From Azolla caroliniana (taxonomy: Eukaryota; Plantae; Polypodiophyta), in assembly GCA_043228905.1 (NCBI GenBank), contig JBHGNT010000022.1, forward strand, positions 4,092,001 through 4,156,000: a stretch of 64,000 nucleotides of DNA, in the 5' to 3' direction. The first letter of the stretch is position 1; every line of letters begins with the position of its first letter. Below the pieces are notes generated by a model. It saw only the letters and a program-made list of their open reading frames with translations, was not told the DNA's origin and did no database searches. Position numbers and translations under genes: made by a program. This document shows positions 25,326 through 36,830 of this stretch, in pieces.

Positions 25326-26000
25326 CACTAAAGACAGGATTAAACACAAAAAAAGTAATATAAACACACCTGTTGCTACTCCCCGATTTGCGAGACATCC
25401 TTGTATGGGACTCCAAGGACTTCGCCCTATTCGATTTTGGGGAAATATGAATCGGCACCAAAGTTCAGACAGTAGTCAAAAAGAAAAACAAATGTTTGGG
25501 GTTTCTGTAACTGAAACATACCTGGACGATGATCGAGCGGGTTCTGTGTTGTAGCTCTCAATCTGCAATGTCGATTTTCTGTTGTTGCGGGAGCTACGTC
25601 TGCATTCGTGCTCTGAGTACTCCATCTGCGTTCAAAATCAGACTTAGGCTAAACAGGAAATTGATGACATTGAAGTCGACCTTAGATGATGGTGCTATTC
25701 CCCAAGTTCCACTACGTCTAAAACAGAAGTTCAAATATTTGAGTTTTTTCATAAATTAGTTTTTCAAATATTTGATTTTCCCACAAAAAAGACTAGCTAA
25801 ACAAATAGCTAATTAGCTATGGCCATTTTAGTAGCTAATTAGCTATAATAGTGTTTCCACTCGCATGCTTTTACCCTTAGACACTGTAGCTCGGAAAAAA
25901 CGGATTGATATTCCTGGGCACTAATAGTAGCCATAGTATTGGAAGAAAAGAAAACGGGGTAGGAGGATGAGGGAAACCGAAAAGAAAGACTAGAGGAAGG

Positions 26001-26011
26001 AAATTGGTTCA
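26001..26011 (-). promoter_or_regulatory. Non-tRNA primer binding site of H (TGAACCAATTT), complementary to its own LTR R region
   Basis: Lies 3 nt inside the 5' LTR boundary; no TGG start; complementary to AAATTGATTCA (26212-26202) and AAATTGGTTCC (7990-7980), about 33 nt downstream of TATAAAA. Confidence 0.7.
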
Positions 26012-29000
26012 AACTGTCAGGAATAGTACTAAAACAGAGAGAGAATTAGTGTTGGAGAAGGGAAGTACTATCAGTACTAAGAGGACAGGACTGCGTAAGA
26101 CTCCCAAGAGAGGAAGAGAGAGAGAAATAGAGATGATGATAACATATGATATATTATATGAAGAGTAAGTCTAAAATAGCTATGAGGCTTAAGAGTAGGA
26201 CTGAATCAATTTGGTTCGAAATAATGCCTTGTGCCTCCTTTTATAGTGCTCTTAGGAGTAGTCCTAAAGCTTCTAGAACTAGAGAAATCTGGAATATACA
26301 TTGATTTTCTATAGTAAAACATAAATGAAATGGTCAAGAGCTCGACCCATATAACATAAGGTCATGGGTTCGAGTTTTGCCATATCATGACACACAGACA
26401 CTTGCCATCTCCTTCTCGGTAAAAGTCGGGATCGCGATGACGACTCCTTTCGACTGCATCCCTTTTAAGTTTTTGGAGATTGATGTGGACGATTCATTTG
26501 TGCCACAACTCTATGTCGGTGTCGGCTTTCCAACCCTTGGCATACATAGTCGATTTCATCTCGTGAAAGTCGAGGATGAACATTTGGCCTTCTCTTCGAC
26601 CGTGAGCGATAATTCGGCCTTCCTTTTCAAAGAAACACCCTCCATCATTGAACCAAACTTGCATGCCTTGTTCCACAATCTGGCCGGCCGAGACCATATT
26701 CTTTGTTATTGTCGGAACATGCAAGACATTTTTTATGTAGGTCTCATTCCCTTCTTTGTCGAATAGGACATTGCCAACATGTTCAATGGGGTGTATTGTG
26801 TCATCCCCGGTTTCAACATAGTCGGGTCGATCGGGTTTTTAGAGTTCTCGAAACCAATCTGCATGTTATTTGACGCACCCGAATTGACAAACCTAACATC
26901 TTCAAAACTAGAGGTACTAGTCAAGCACGATTCCGTCATTGAGTTCGCTCTGTGTCACATCAGGACATTTGAGGCGTAATTAGTGAGTTTTCGACTTGTA
27001 AATGTTGTCTCACTATTCTTTTTCCGACACTCTGCCTCGTAGTGGCCAAATTTGCCACAATATCCGCACTGAACGGAGTTGTTATGTCGGATAGGTCTGA
27101 TATGATTGTTCCCTCTTCTACCCGAGGTTCCACCTTGCGAGTTAGTGGCTTCTTGCTAGTAGAAGTTGTGCTCATGGGACCACCATTAGTTGTGTTAGAT
27201 TTGGCCGAGTCAGCCTCAGATTTTGCGACGACCTCTTTTGCCACAACCTTGTCCTCTTCCACCTTGCGACTTTGTGGCTTCTTGCCGGTAGAAGTTGTGC
27301 TCATGGAACCGCCCATGGTTGTGTCAGATTTGGCCGAGTCGGCCTCTTTTGCTACGATCTTGTCCTCTTCTTCCATCCGAGTTTGAATAGAGCATGTTCC
27401 CTCTTGCACATTGCTCCTAGCTCAGACGTGATTCTCTTCGACTAGTAACATTGACTAAAGATCAAAGGAGGGAGGATTCTCTCTCGCGAGAACGACCGAC
27501 CTTATTGCGCCAAACTGAGGTGCCAAGCCTCCGAGGCATATTTGCACCATTTCATCGTCGTCAATGCTGACATTGATCGACCTGAGGGTAAGCACAGTTC
27601 CTTGACTTTCAAGGTGTAGTTGTCAGTTGTTATGTCCCTCTATTGAATACTATTCAAATCTTGCCATAGTTGAAGTTTGCGAGTAGTCGTATTGGCCACA
27701 AAGATTTTCTTGAGGTTCCTGTTGTAATGCGGCTTTCAAAGTGCAGGACAATATCAACATCCTTCTGGTGATAGATCATTAACAAGTACAAGCAAAGGAA
27801 AATTGATGGCCACAACCAAGTAAATCAAGAACACAAGAAGACGAGACAGAAAGTTAAGCACAAGTCACACTGTATTTCTCAAGCTCTCAATGACACAATA
27901 TACAAGATGAACAACCTTAGAAAACTAGGTTACAAAGTTAGTTTGTATACTGACTAAGTTAGGGCAAACACCCTTCTTAGTATTTATAAGAATGGCCTAA
28001 ACCTAGTGTGCACAAATGGGATAATGTGAATACGTCCATTAGAGAACCGTATTCGACACTCCTCCGTAATGGGCGTATACATCCGAAATCTGTAATATAA
28101 GTGAACAATACATATTTGTACAAAGTTGTCAAACAAATCGGATTTTTGTTCGATTCGGTAAACTCCGAAAAATAGAAGGCCGAATTGGCTGAAGTTGGAG
28201 GAACTAAGACCAAACTTCGAACTGTCGATGATTATTGTTCGAAACCATTTTGAATGTCCGACTCAATCAGATTGATTATTCGTTATGCCCATCTGGTACC
28301 GACGTGATCAGAATTGATCCGTCGAAAGACCCTTGGTCGTCCCATCTACGACTTTATCGGTTGTAGGTATATTCTCGATGCTGATTTTTCCTGAAATGAC
28401 GTAGTCCCGAACAAAGTGATATCTAACGTCAATATGGTTGGAGGCGTTATGATGAACCGGATTTTTCGATAGAGCAACAACACCCTCACTACCGTTGTAG
28501 ACAATTGGAACCGAGTCAGATTCGGCTTGTCGAAACGTGCAAGCCAGCCGACTGAGCCATAACGCCTCTTTCGTCGCATTGGACGTGGCTATGTATTCGG
28601 CCTCGGTCATTGATGTGGCAGTGCACTCCTAAAGTTTTGATTTCCACAAGATTGCTCCATTGACGAATTTGAAACAATAACCGGTTGTCGATTTTCGACT
28701 GTCCACACAGCCGGCAAAGTCCGAGTCGGTGTATCCGACTACGCTTGAAGTGTCATTCGGACCGAATAGGATGCCATGGCCTTTTGTGCCCACCAAATAT
28801 CTGAACACATGCTTTACCGCGTCCCAATGTGATCCACTAGGATTGTACATGAATCTATTGACGACTCTGATGGCATGAGCAATGCAGGCTGTCTAGCGAC
28901 CATCATGTACATTAGGAGCCGAGTACTAGTGCATATGGTACCGACTTCATAATTTCCCCCTTTGAACCGGATGTCAGGCACTCTCGCTGAGACAGCCAAG

Positions 29001-32000
29001 GGCTAATGGGGACCAGGGTCGAAGTAGATTTTGGTGATTGCATGTTGAAGCATTCCAAGACACGTCCAATATAGTCAGATTTATACAGAAACAATTGTCA
29101 TCAATTCCGATTCCGATTCCGGCTTATCTTCATTCCGAGAATGTGTCTTGCCAGAATGAGTTCCTTCATGGAAAATTTCAACCACAGTTGCGAACAAGTT
29201 TGGCAAGTTCTCCAGCATGCCGACCAGAGGGTAGCACGTCGTCCCCATAGATGATGAGAATGATGAGTGACCCATTTGGAGCTGTTTTCGTGAAGAGACA
29301 ATGGTCCTCATCACTCTTGGAGAAGCCAACTGATTGGATGAAGTCGTTGAGCTTCCGATACCACTATCTCGGTGCCTATTTTAGGCCGTAAAGACTCTTT
29401 CTGAGTCGGTAGACTAGATGTTCTTGACCGGATACCACAAAGCCTTTCGGCTGCTCCATATAAATTTCCTTCTCTAAGTCACCATGGAGGAAGGTTGTCT
29501 TTACATCGAATTGTATAGGTTCCAAATTCTCTGTTACCATGACACCGAGCATAAATCGAAGGGTTATCATTTTCACCACTTGTGAAAAGATTTCATTGAA
29601 ATCGACGCCATATTCTTGTCGAAACCCTTTCATAACAAATCTGGCCTTAAATTTAGGGATGACCGAATCTGACGTCTCTTTTAATCTAATGACCCACTTG
29701 CATGGGAGAGCATGATGATTTTTTGGTAATTCGACTAGGTTCAAAGTTCTTTTGCCCGAATGGAGTTCATTTTCAACTCCATTGCTAGATGCCATGTGGC
29801 CGAATTGGCGGATGCCGATACTTCTTCATATGATGTCGGTTCGTCGACTTTCGTGAAGAAGACTCCAAGAGAGTACCTCTCCAAAGGTTGCGACAGTCTC
29901 TCAGATCTTCGAGGTATGATTGGACTAGTCACATCGGGTATCAGGGTTGGAGGGTCCAAAGCCGAACCATTCGGTTGTGCCTAGTCCCACGTTTCTGAGT
30001 CGGTGCTAGAGGTTTTGGCTACCGGTAAAGCCAACCTCGTGTTATGTGTTGGGACTTCATGAAGGGTCAGCACTTCGGAAAAAGTCACCCTTCAGACTTC
30101 AATAGGCCTTTTGGCTGACTTATGCATAGCTGACTCATTGAACATGACGCCCGAAATTCAGACGATCATTCTGTGCTCGAGGTGGCAGAGTCGGTATCCA
30201 ATCTCATTGTCTGGTCCATAACCGAGCAAAATGCATTTCCTAGACCTTAGTGCAAGTTTATGGCTTTACCATTTTGCTCTGGACTATAGGGTGTCGTATA
30301 TTCACATCGAATGTCGTGCTGTTGGAAAAATTTGACGAATTCTTCAGATTTGAACTCTGCTCCATTATCAGTTCGAAAACATTTCAACTTTGGACCGTTG
30401 TCGTGAAGATTTTCGACAATGGTGTAAAAATTGCGAGGAACATACAAAATCGAGTGTGGTTCTTCACATACGATATGAAACAATAATAGTAAAGATATTA
30501 TTTTAGATTAGTTTAATATCTTGGTACGAAAAGGTCGATGTCTTCAAGAGCTTCTAAATGTACTTTACTACATTTGAAACGAACAACTAAATGTCAAGTT
30601 ATGTGAATATGAAGGTTGAGAAGAAGAAGAGAAAAACAAAACTATGAGATATCCCACATAGATAGGACAAATCAGGATCCCACATTATATAAGCAGACCC
30701 AGAACTTGTTACTTTTTGTCTATGTGTGGAGCATTGAATGTTCTTGGGCTAAATTGTGGCTTAACTACTCGTAATGGTTTTGGAGGACCAGACCAGATAG
30801 ACAGCGACCGAACCGGAACCAGACCGAATAGACTGATTGGATCACCGAGTTGGATTCGGACCAGATGGACCAGATAGACGAATTGATCAGATAGGTTGAT
30901 CGCGACGATTTCGGCGTGAAATGAGAAAAATCATCTAGACGAAAAACCTAGTAAAAATTTGTATACAAAGGGACGCAAGCAAGGCTTGAACCTTGCACCT
31001 CCAAGACAAGAGTCAATAAACTTACCACTAAGCCAAGTGATTTCTCTAGAAATGTTTTTTCTATCATTATACTTTTATGTGCAAATTCTCATATTAGAGC
31101 TTGAATGAGTTATATGGTTATCATGCATCAAATGTAATGCATGAGTGCCAAATGGCGAACATGATAGGGACTCAAACGCTCCTTGTGCACAACACTCGGA
31201 CACAACCGAGCGTAGAATCATACACAGAAAAAACCGGGAAATAAAACACGACACGAAGAAGAAACGAGTGCACAGGATGTTTACGTGGAAAACCCAAAGA
31301 GGGAATAACCAAGGCAGCCCACAGGCTGCAAACTATCACAATGCTAGAATGTACAACAGTGAGTTCACGGAGGCAATGACCTCTTGCTCACGATCCTCGC
31401 CACAGGCGGCGGTTACAACAGAGGCAACGACCTCTTTCTCTCTCTCTCTCTGTACACTGTTACGCGCTCACTCTATTCTTGCACCAACAAGAATGACAAC
31501 AACCAACAGTTACCTAAAAGTTTGCCCTAAGTCATATTTATACTAATATGACTTTTCGGCTATTTACAAATATAGCCCTAATGGACTCTCAGAAACATAT
31601 TTACGAATATGTCTCCTCATCCGGTCTTGACCGGGTCTGCACCATCCGGCTCTCCGTAGCCGGGGACTCCTCATCCGGTTCTCACCGGGTCTGCACCATC
31701 CGGCTCTCTGTAGCCGGGGACTCCTCATCCGGTTCTCACCGGGTCTGCACCATCCGGCTCTCCGTAGCCGGGTACTCCTCATCCGGTTTTGGCCTCGGCC
31801 GAGTTTGTCCATCGGCACTGTTCTTCTCCCTTCCCATCCGGAAGGACCTGTCTCCCAACAAACTCCCCCTTCACTCCGACATGGGGTGTCTTACCAGTCC
31901 AATCCTCTTCCGGCATGCATCCAGCTGGTCGGGTATCAACACTTTGGTCAACATATCTGACCCGTTCTCAGCCGTGTGGATTTTCGTCAGTGCGAACTCC

Positions 32001-32035
32001 TTGTCATCTACTCTTTCTCGAATCCAGTGATACCT

Positions 32036-34315
32036 TCACTCGATATGCTTCGTCCGGGAATGGTAGGCCGCATTCTTAGCAAGATGGATGGCACTTTGAC
32101 TATCGCAATAGAGTCGGTATTCATCTTGCCGGATACCGAGCTCTCCGATGAAGTCCTTCATCCATAATATTTCCTTGCTGGCTTCCACAGCTGCCATGTA
32201 CTCCGCCTCTGTGGTTGACAATGCAACCGTCTTCTGCAACCTCGACTGCCACGAAACAACTCCCCCTGCATATGTCATTACATACCTGGATGTAGACCGG
32301 CTGGTATCCACATCAGCCGACATGTCTGAATCGGTGAAACCGTCCAGTTGAGGTTTTCCGAAGCCGAATCGGAGACACATATTTGAAGTGCCCTTCAAAT
32401 ACCAGAGTATCCATTTGACCGCGTTCCAGTGCTCCTTGCCGGGATTGCTCATGAACCAGCTCACCACTCCGATTGCGTATCCTATATCCGGTCGGGTACA
32501 CACCATTGCGTACATCAAGCTCCCGACGGCAGAGGCATATGGAATCTTCATCATATCCGCCTTCTCAGCTTTCGTCTTCGGGCTTTGCTTACCGGATAAC
32601 CTGCAGTTTGCCGGAAGTGTAGATCCGACCAGTTTGGCATCTGACATGTTGAACCGGTGAAGCACCTTTGTCACGTATTTCTCCTGTGACAGCCATAATT
32701 GCTTCTTTGACCGGTTCCGGATAATATGCAACCCCAGCATCTGTCTTGCCGGACCCAAGTCTTTCATTGAGAAGGTCCGGTTGAGAGCCTTCTTCAGCAT
32801 CCGTATTTTGACTTGATCTCGTCCGACGATCAACATGTCATCCACGTACAGAAGGAGTAACAGGAAGTCATCTCCTTCGAACTCCTTCACAAACACGCAG
32901 TGATCGGCCTGCGTCTTGTGGTACCCTTGATCGGTCATGAAGGAATCGAACTTCCGATACCATTGCCGGGGTGCCTGCTTCAACCCGTAGAGGCTCTTCT
33001 TCAACCGGCATAACAGGTGCTCCTTCCCTTTCTCCACGAATCCTTCCGGTTGCTGCATGTAGATCTCCTCTTCGAGGTCGCTGTGAAGGAATGTCGTCTT
33101 CACGTCCAGCTGTTTTACCTCGAGGTCCATGCTTGCCGCTATACTCAGCCCCATCCGGATGGAGGTCATCTTTACTACCGGGGCAAATATCTCGTCAAAG
33201 TCCACGCCCTTTATCTGCTGGAACGCCTTCACCAGGATCATGGCTTTGTATCTCGGGGGGCTGCCGGCCTCTCCCGGTTTCAACTTGTACACCCACTTAT
33301 TCCGGAGTTCCCGCTTTCCTTTCGGCAACTCCACCAATTCGCACGTATGGTTCTCATGCAGGGAATCCATCTCATCCTGCATGGCACTTAACCATTTGCG
33401 GTTGTGGGTGCCATCCTTCACTTCTTCGAAGCTTTTCGGCTCCCCCTCATCGGTCAGCAGAACATGCTCTGCATCCGGAAATCTCTGGGGGGGCCTTCTC
33501 TCTCTGAGAGGATATCTCCGTCTTCGGGTTTCGATAACCGGCTCCTCCATTTGCTCTTCATCCGAATCCGATTTGGGGTCTTGGTCGGTTTCGGATTCGG
33601 CTTCCTCTACTTCTTCTTCAGCCTGTTCAATATCCTCACCGTATCCGGCTGGTTCTTCGAGTGTTAACCGGTCTCTTGCCGGTTGGGTTTGCTCATCATA
33701 GACTCTATCCTTACCGGTCGACTCGGAGTTCATTATCTTCTTCTCCGACTCCCAGTCGGCGAGCATCTTGTCCTCCATGAAGATAATATCTCGACTCCGG
33801 AATACCTTCTTGTCGACCAGGTCCCACACTCGGTAGCCGAACTCATCGTCACCGTAACCAAGGAATATGCATGGCCGGGTCTTTGGATCTAACTTTCCTC
33901 TCCGGTCCTTAGCTACATGCACGTACGCGAGACACCCGAACACCTTCAGATGCCGGTAGGACACTTCCTTACCGGTCCACACTCTCTGTGGCGTGTCTCC
34001 GTCCAAGGGTACTGAGGGTGATCTATTTATCACATAAGTCGTCGTTGACAATGCCTCAGCCCAAAACTTCTTGGGTAGTTTTGCATGCACTAGCATACTC
34101 CGAACCCTCTCCATCATGGTCTGGTTCATCCTCTCGGCCAGTCCGTTTAGTTCCTGCGTCTTCGGCACGGTAAATTCGAGCCGGATTCCCTTCGAGCGGT
34201 AGTACTCCTCAAACTGCCCCCGGTATTCTCCTCCGTTGTCTGCTCGAACCGCCTTCAGCTTCCGGCCGGTTTCTCTTTCCATTCTCGCGTGGAGCTCTTT
34301 GAAGACGGACAACAC
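32036..34315 (-). CDS. pol: Copia pol ORF fragment (integrase core, RT, RNase H)
   Basis: RADNGGEY, NGLAERMN, SLYGLKQAPRQW, LLYVDDML and DSDMS motifs in a 759-aa open frame; the upstream part is disrupted by a stop and frameshifts. Confidence 0.9.
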   Translation of the reverse strand: MLSVFKELHARMERETGRKLKAVRADNGGEYRGQFEEYYRSKGIRLEFTVPKTQELNGLAERMNQTMMERVRSMLVHAKLPKKFWAEALSTTTYVINRSPSVPLDGDTPQRVWTGKEVSYRHLKVFGCLAYVHVAKDRRGKLDPKTRPCIFLGYGDDEFGYRVWDLVDKKVFRSRDIIFMEDKMLADWESEKKIMNSESTGKDRVYDEQTQPARDRLTLEEPAGYGEDIEQAEEEVEEAESETDQDPKSDSDEEQMEEPVIETRRRRYPLRERRPPQRFPDAEHVLLTDEGEPKSFEEVKDGTHNRKWLSAMQDEMDSLHENHTCELVELPKGKRELRNKWVYKLKPGEAGSPPRYKAMILVKAFQQIKGVDFDEIFAPVVKMTSIRMGLSIAASMDLEVKQLDVKTTFLHSDLEEEIYMQQPEGFVEKGKEHLLCRLKKSLYGLKQAPRQWYRKFDSFMTDQGYHKTQADHCVFVKEFEGDDFLLLLLYVDDMLIVGRDQVKIRMLKKALNRTFSMKDLGPARQMLGLHIIRNRSKKQLWLSQEKYVTKVLHRFNMSDAKLVGSTLPANCRLSGKQSPKTKAEKADMMKIPYASAVGSLMYAMVCTRPDIGYAIGVVSWFMSNPGKEHWNAVKWILWYLKGTSNMCLRFGFGKPQLDGFTDSDMSADVDTSRSTSRYVMTYAGGVVSWQSRLQKTVALSTTEAEYMAAVEASKEILWMKDFIGELGIRQDEYRLYCDSQSAIHLAKNAAYHSRTKHIE

Positions 34316-36398
34316 CTAATCCTTTGTCTTCAGCGGTGTGGCCCACAACTTCCGGCTGTGGTCATCTATGAAAGTCACGAAGTACTGCGCTCCGGCATGT
34401 GACTTCGTGTCTACTTGACACACATCCGTATGCACCAACTCCAGTGGTGCATTACGTCTCATCGGTGGCCTTGGTCGGAAGGAGGTCCGGTTTTGCTTAC
34501 CAGCCAGACAATCAGTGCACTTCTCCAAGTGCACGTTCTTCACTGGAATGAGGTTGTCGTCTGCAAGCCTCTTCATCCCGTTCTCGCTCATATGACACAG
34601 CCTCTTGTGCCACAACTCACCGGCAGTGTCAGATGCAACGTTCACTTCTTCAAGACATAGCCGGGCATTCATCAGGTACAATGTGTTGACCTTCCGGGCT
34701 CCCTTTGCTGAACTTCATGACACCGTTCCGGATGCTACCCGTGTAGCCTTCATCATCTAGCCGACCGACTGATACCAGGTTCAGACGAACCTCCGGAACG
34801 TGTCGAACATCCTTCAGCTGCAACTTTCATCCGGTTGGTGTTGTCAGCCACACGTCTCCTATGCCGGCAATTCGGCATGTGCCTTCATTCCCCATCCGGA
34901 CACAGCCGTGATCACCGGCTGAGTAGGATTAGAAGCATTTCTGGTCCGGGGTAACGTGGAACGACGCTCTGGTGTCTACCACCCAGGTCATCTCGTCGCC
35001 GGCAAGGTTTATCTCACTCTCCTCGGTGATGAGCATAAACTCTTCTTCGCTTGCCGCGATTGTCGTCGTTCCCTTCCGGTCCGGCCCCCTCCGGTCCTTA
35101 CCATTCCAGTCCGGGGTCCGCTTCGAATCGGTACCGTCGGTCCCCTTCTCCTTTCGGAAGTGCCGACAGTTCTTTTGGAAGGGTCCCGGCTTGCCGCAAT
35201 AGAAGCAAGTGGGTCTTCCCCTTGACTTTGACCGTGTCCCCGACTTCTCCCAGTTCTAGGGACTACGGTTTCTATGTCTTCCGCGTTCCGATTCGGTAAG
35301 GAGCGCTTTGGAGTCGGAGCTCGTATCTTTGTCTTTCTGATGCGCCTCCTCATCTAGCAAGCTCGAATTTACTCTTGCTAGGGATAACCGCTTTCCTTCC
35401 GGCCCGACGTTGCCCAAAGTGACAACCAACGTCTCCCGGCTATCCGGGAGGGAACTGAGCAGAAGTAGCGCAAGTACCTCATCAGCGAGAGGTACTTCCA
35501 ATGAAGTTGCCTGGTGGATCAGCCCCTGGAAGGCATTCATGTGCTCCGCCATGCTGAAGCCATCTTGGTACCGAAGTCTTACTAGCTTCCGGAATACCGA
35601 AACCTGATTAACAGCATTTTTGTTTTGAAACATTATGTCGATCTTCTCCCAGAGTTCATGAGCCTTGCTCTCTTCATTGAAGTTGTTGTACAGACTCATG
35701 TCGATGAAGCACCGTATGTACGCCGTTGTCTTCATGTGCATCACCTCCCATATCGCGGCGTCGATTTTGTCCGGTCTCTTGTCCCCGAACTGAACCGGCA
35801 GCCAGAGGTCTTTAACCACGAGCATGTCCCTCATCTTCGACTTCCACACCGAATAGTTGGAGCCGGTGAGCTTGAACATGCCGCCAAACAATTCGTCCAT
35901 TTTCTGTGTCGTTTCGCTCTGATACCACTTGACAGAAACTCAAACGCTCCTTGTGCACAACGCTCGGCCACAACCGAGCGTAGAATCATACACAGAAAAA
36001 ACCGGGAAATAAAACACGACACGAAGAAGAAACGAGTGCACAGGATGTTTACGTGGAAAACCCAAAGAGGGAAAAACCACAGCAGCCCACAGGCTGCAAA
36101 CTATCACTATGCTAGAATGTACAACAGTGAGTTCACGGAGGCAACGAACTCATGCTCACGATCCTCGCCACAGGCGGCGGTTACAACAGAGGCAACGACC
36201 TCTTTCTCTCTCTCTCTCTGTACACTGTTACGCGCTCACTCTATTCTTGCACCAACAAGAATGACAACAACCAACAGTTACCTAAAAGTTTGCCCTAAGT
36301 CATATTTATACTAATATGACTTTTCGGCTATTTACAAATATAGCCCTAATGGACTCTCAGAAACATATTTACGAATATGTCTCCTCATCCGGTCTTGA

Positions 36399-36830
36399 CC
36401 GGGTCTGCACCATCCGGCTCTCCGTAGCCGGGGACTCCTCATCCGGTTCTCACCGGGTCTGCACCATCCGGCTCTCCGTAGCCGGGTACTCCTCATCCGG
36501 TTCTCACCGGGTCTGCACCATCCGGCTCTCCGTAGCCGGGGACTTCTCATTCGGTTCTCACCGGGTCTGCACCATCCGGCTCTCCGTAGCCGGGTACTCC
36601 TCATCCGGTTCTCACCGGGTCTGCACCATCCGGCTCTCCGTAGCCGGGTACTCCTCATCCGGTTCTCACCGGGTCTGCACCATCCGGCTCTCCGTAGCCG
36701 GGGACTCCTCACCCGGTTCTCACCGGGTCTGCACCATCCGGCTCTCCATAGCCAGGTACTTCTCATCCGGTTCTCACCGGGTCTGCACCATCCGGCTCTC
36801 CGTAGCCGGGTACTCCTCATCCGGTTTTGG
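36399..36830. repeat. 54-bp CCGG-rich tandem repeat in the F LTR U3 (8 copies here; 3 copies at 31631-31790)
   Basis: Unit CCGGGTCTGCACCATCCGGCTCTCCGTAGCCGGGGACTCCTCATCCGGTTCTCA; LTR lengths of 969 and 699 bp differ by 5 x 54 bp. Confidence 0.95.

Larger units (their letters stand above)
20292..25398 (-). pseudogene. Transposon cargo gene: novel N-terminal domain, coiled coil, RING-like finger and FCP1/NIF-type HAD-like domain (multi-exon, several in-frame stops)
   Basis: Phase-compatible GT-AG model: 25398-25370, 24744-24063, 23984-23423, 22065-21979 (or read-through to the stop at 21530), 21280-20292. RING-like CIAC...CNHTYHLLC...CLGDC; NIF-like ALILELDKVL...FLEW..EYFDLFIWS...YNADNTLILD. 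Confidence 0.72.
15116..25876 (+). mobile_element. 10,761-bp TIR DNA transposon, Sola2-like, with cargo gene
   Basis: 25-bp TIRs GGGTGAAAGCATGCGAGTGGAAACA (15116-15140) and 25852-25876 (24/25 match); 4-bp TSD TTAG (15112-15115 and 25877-25880); removing the element and one TSD restores the host gag frame (ELQCLKENFIALE). The superfamily label rests on recalled motifs. Confidence 0.9.
7773..26392 (-). mobile_element. Ty3/gypsy chromovirus (Tcn1/Tf1-like), element H, interrupted by three solo LTRs and a DNA transposon
   Basis: LTRs 7773-8207 and 26015-26392; TSD CACAT/CACAG; gag starts MATISAQE near 25934 and continues at 14170-15115; protease LLDSGANSCF; RT YLDDLLI (11948-12775); RNase H; integrase; chromodomain YEV...YYLVDWLGYSPSERTWEP (8302-8568). 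Confidence 0.92.

Noticed and set aside
32971-33892. Plus-strand ORFs overlapping pol of F (and equivalents in E and G)
   Set aside because: Antisense shadows of a GC-rich coding strand with no independent evidence.
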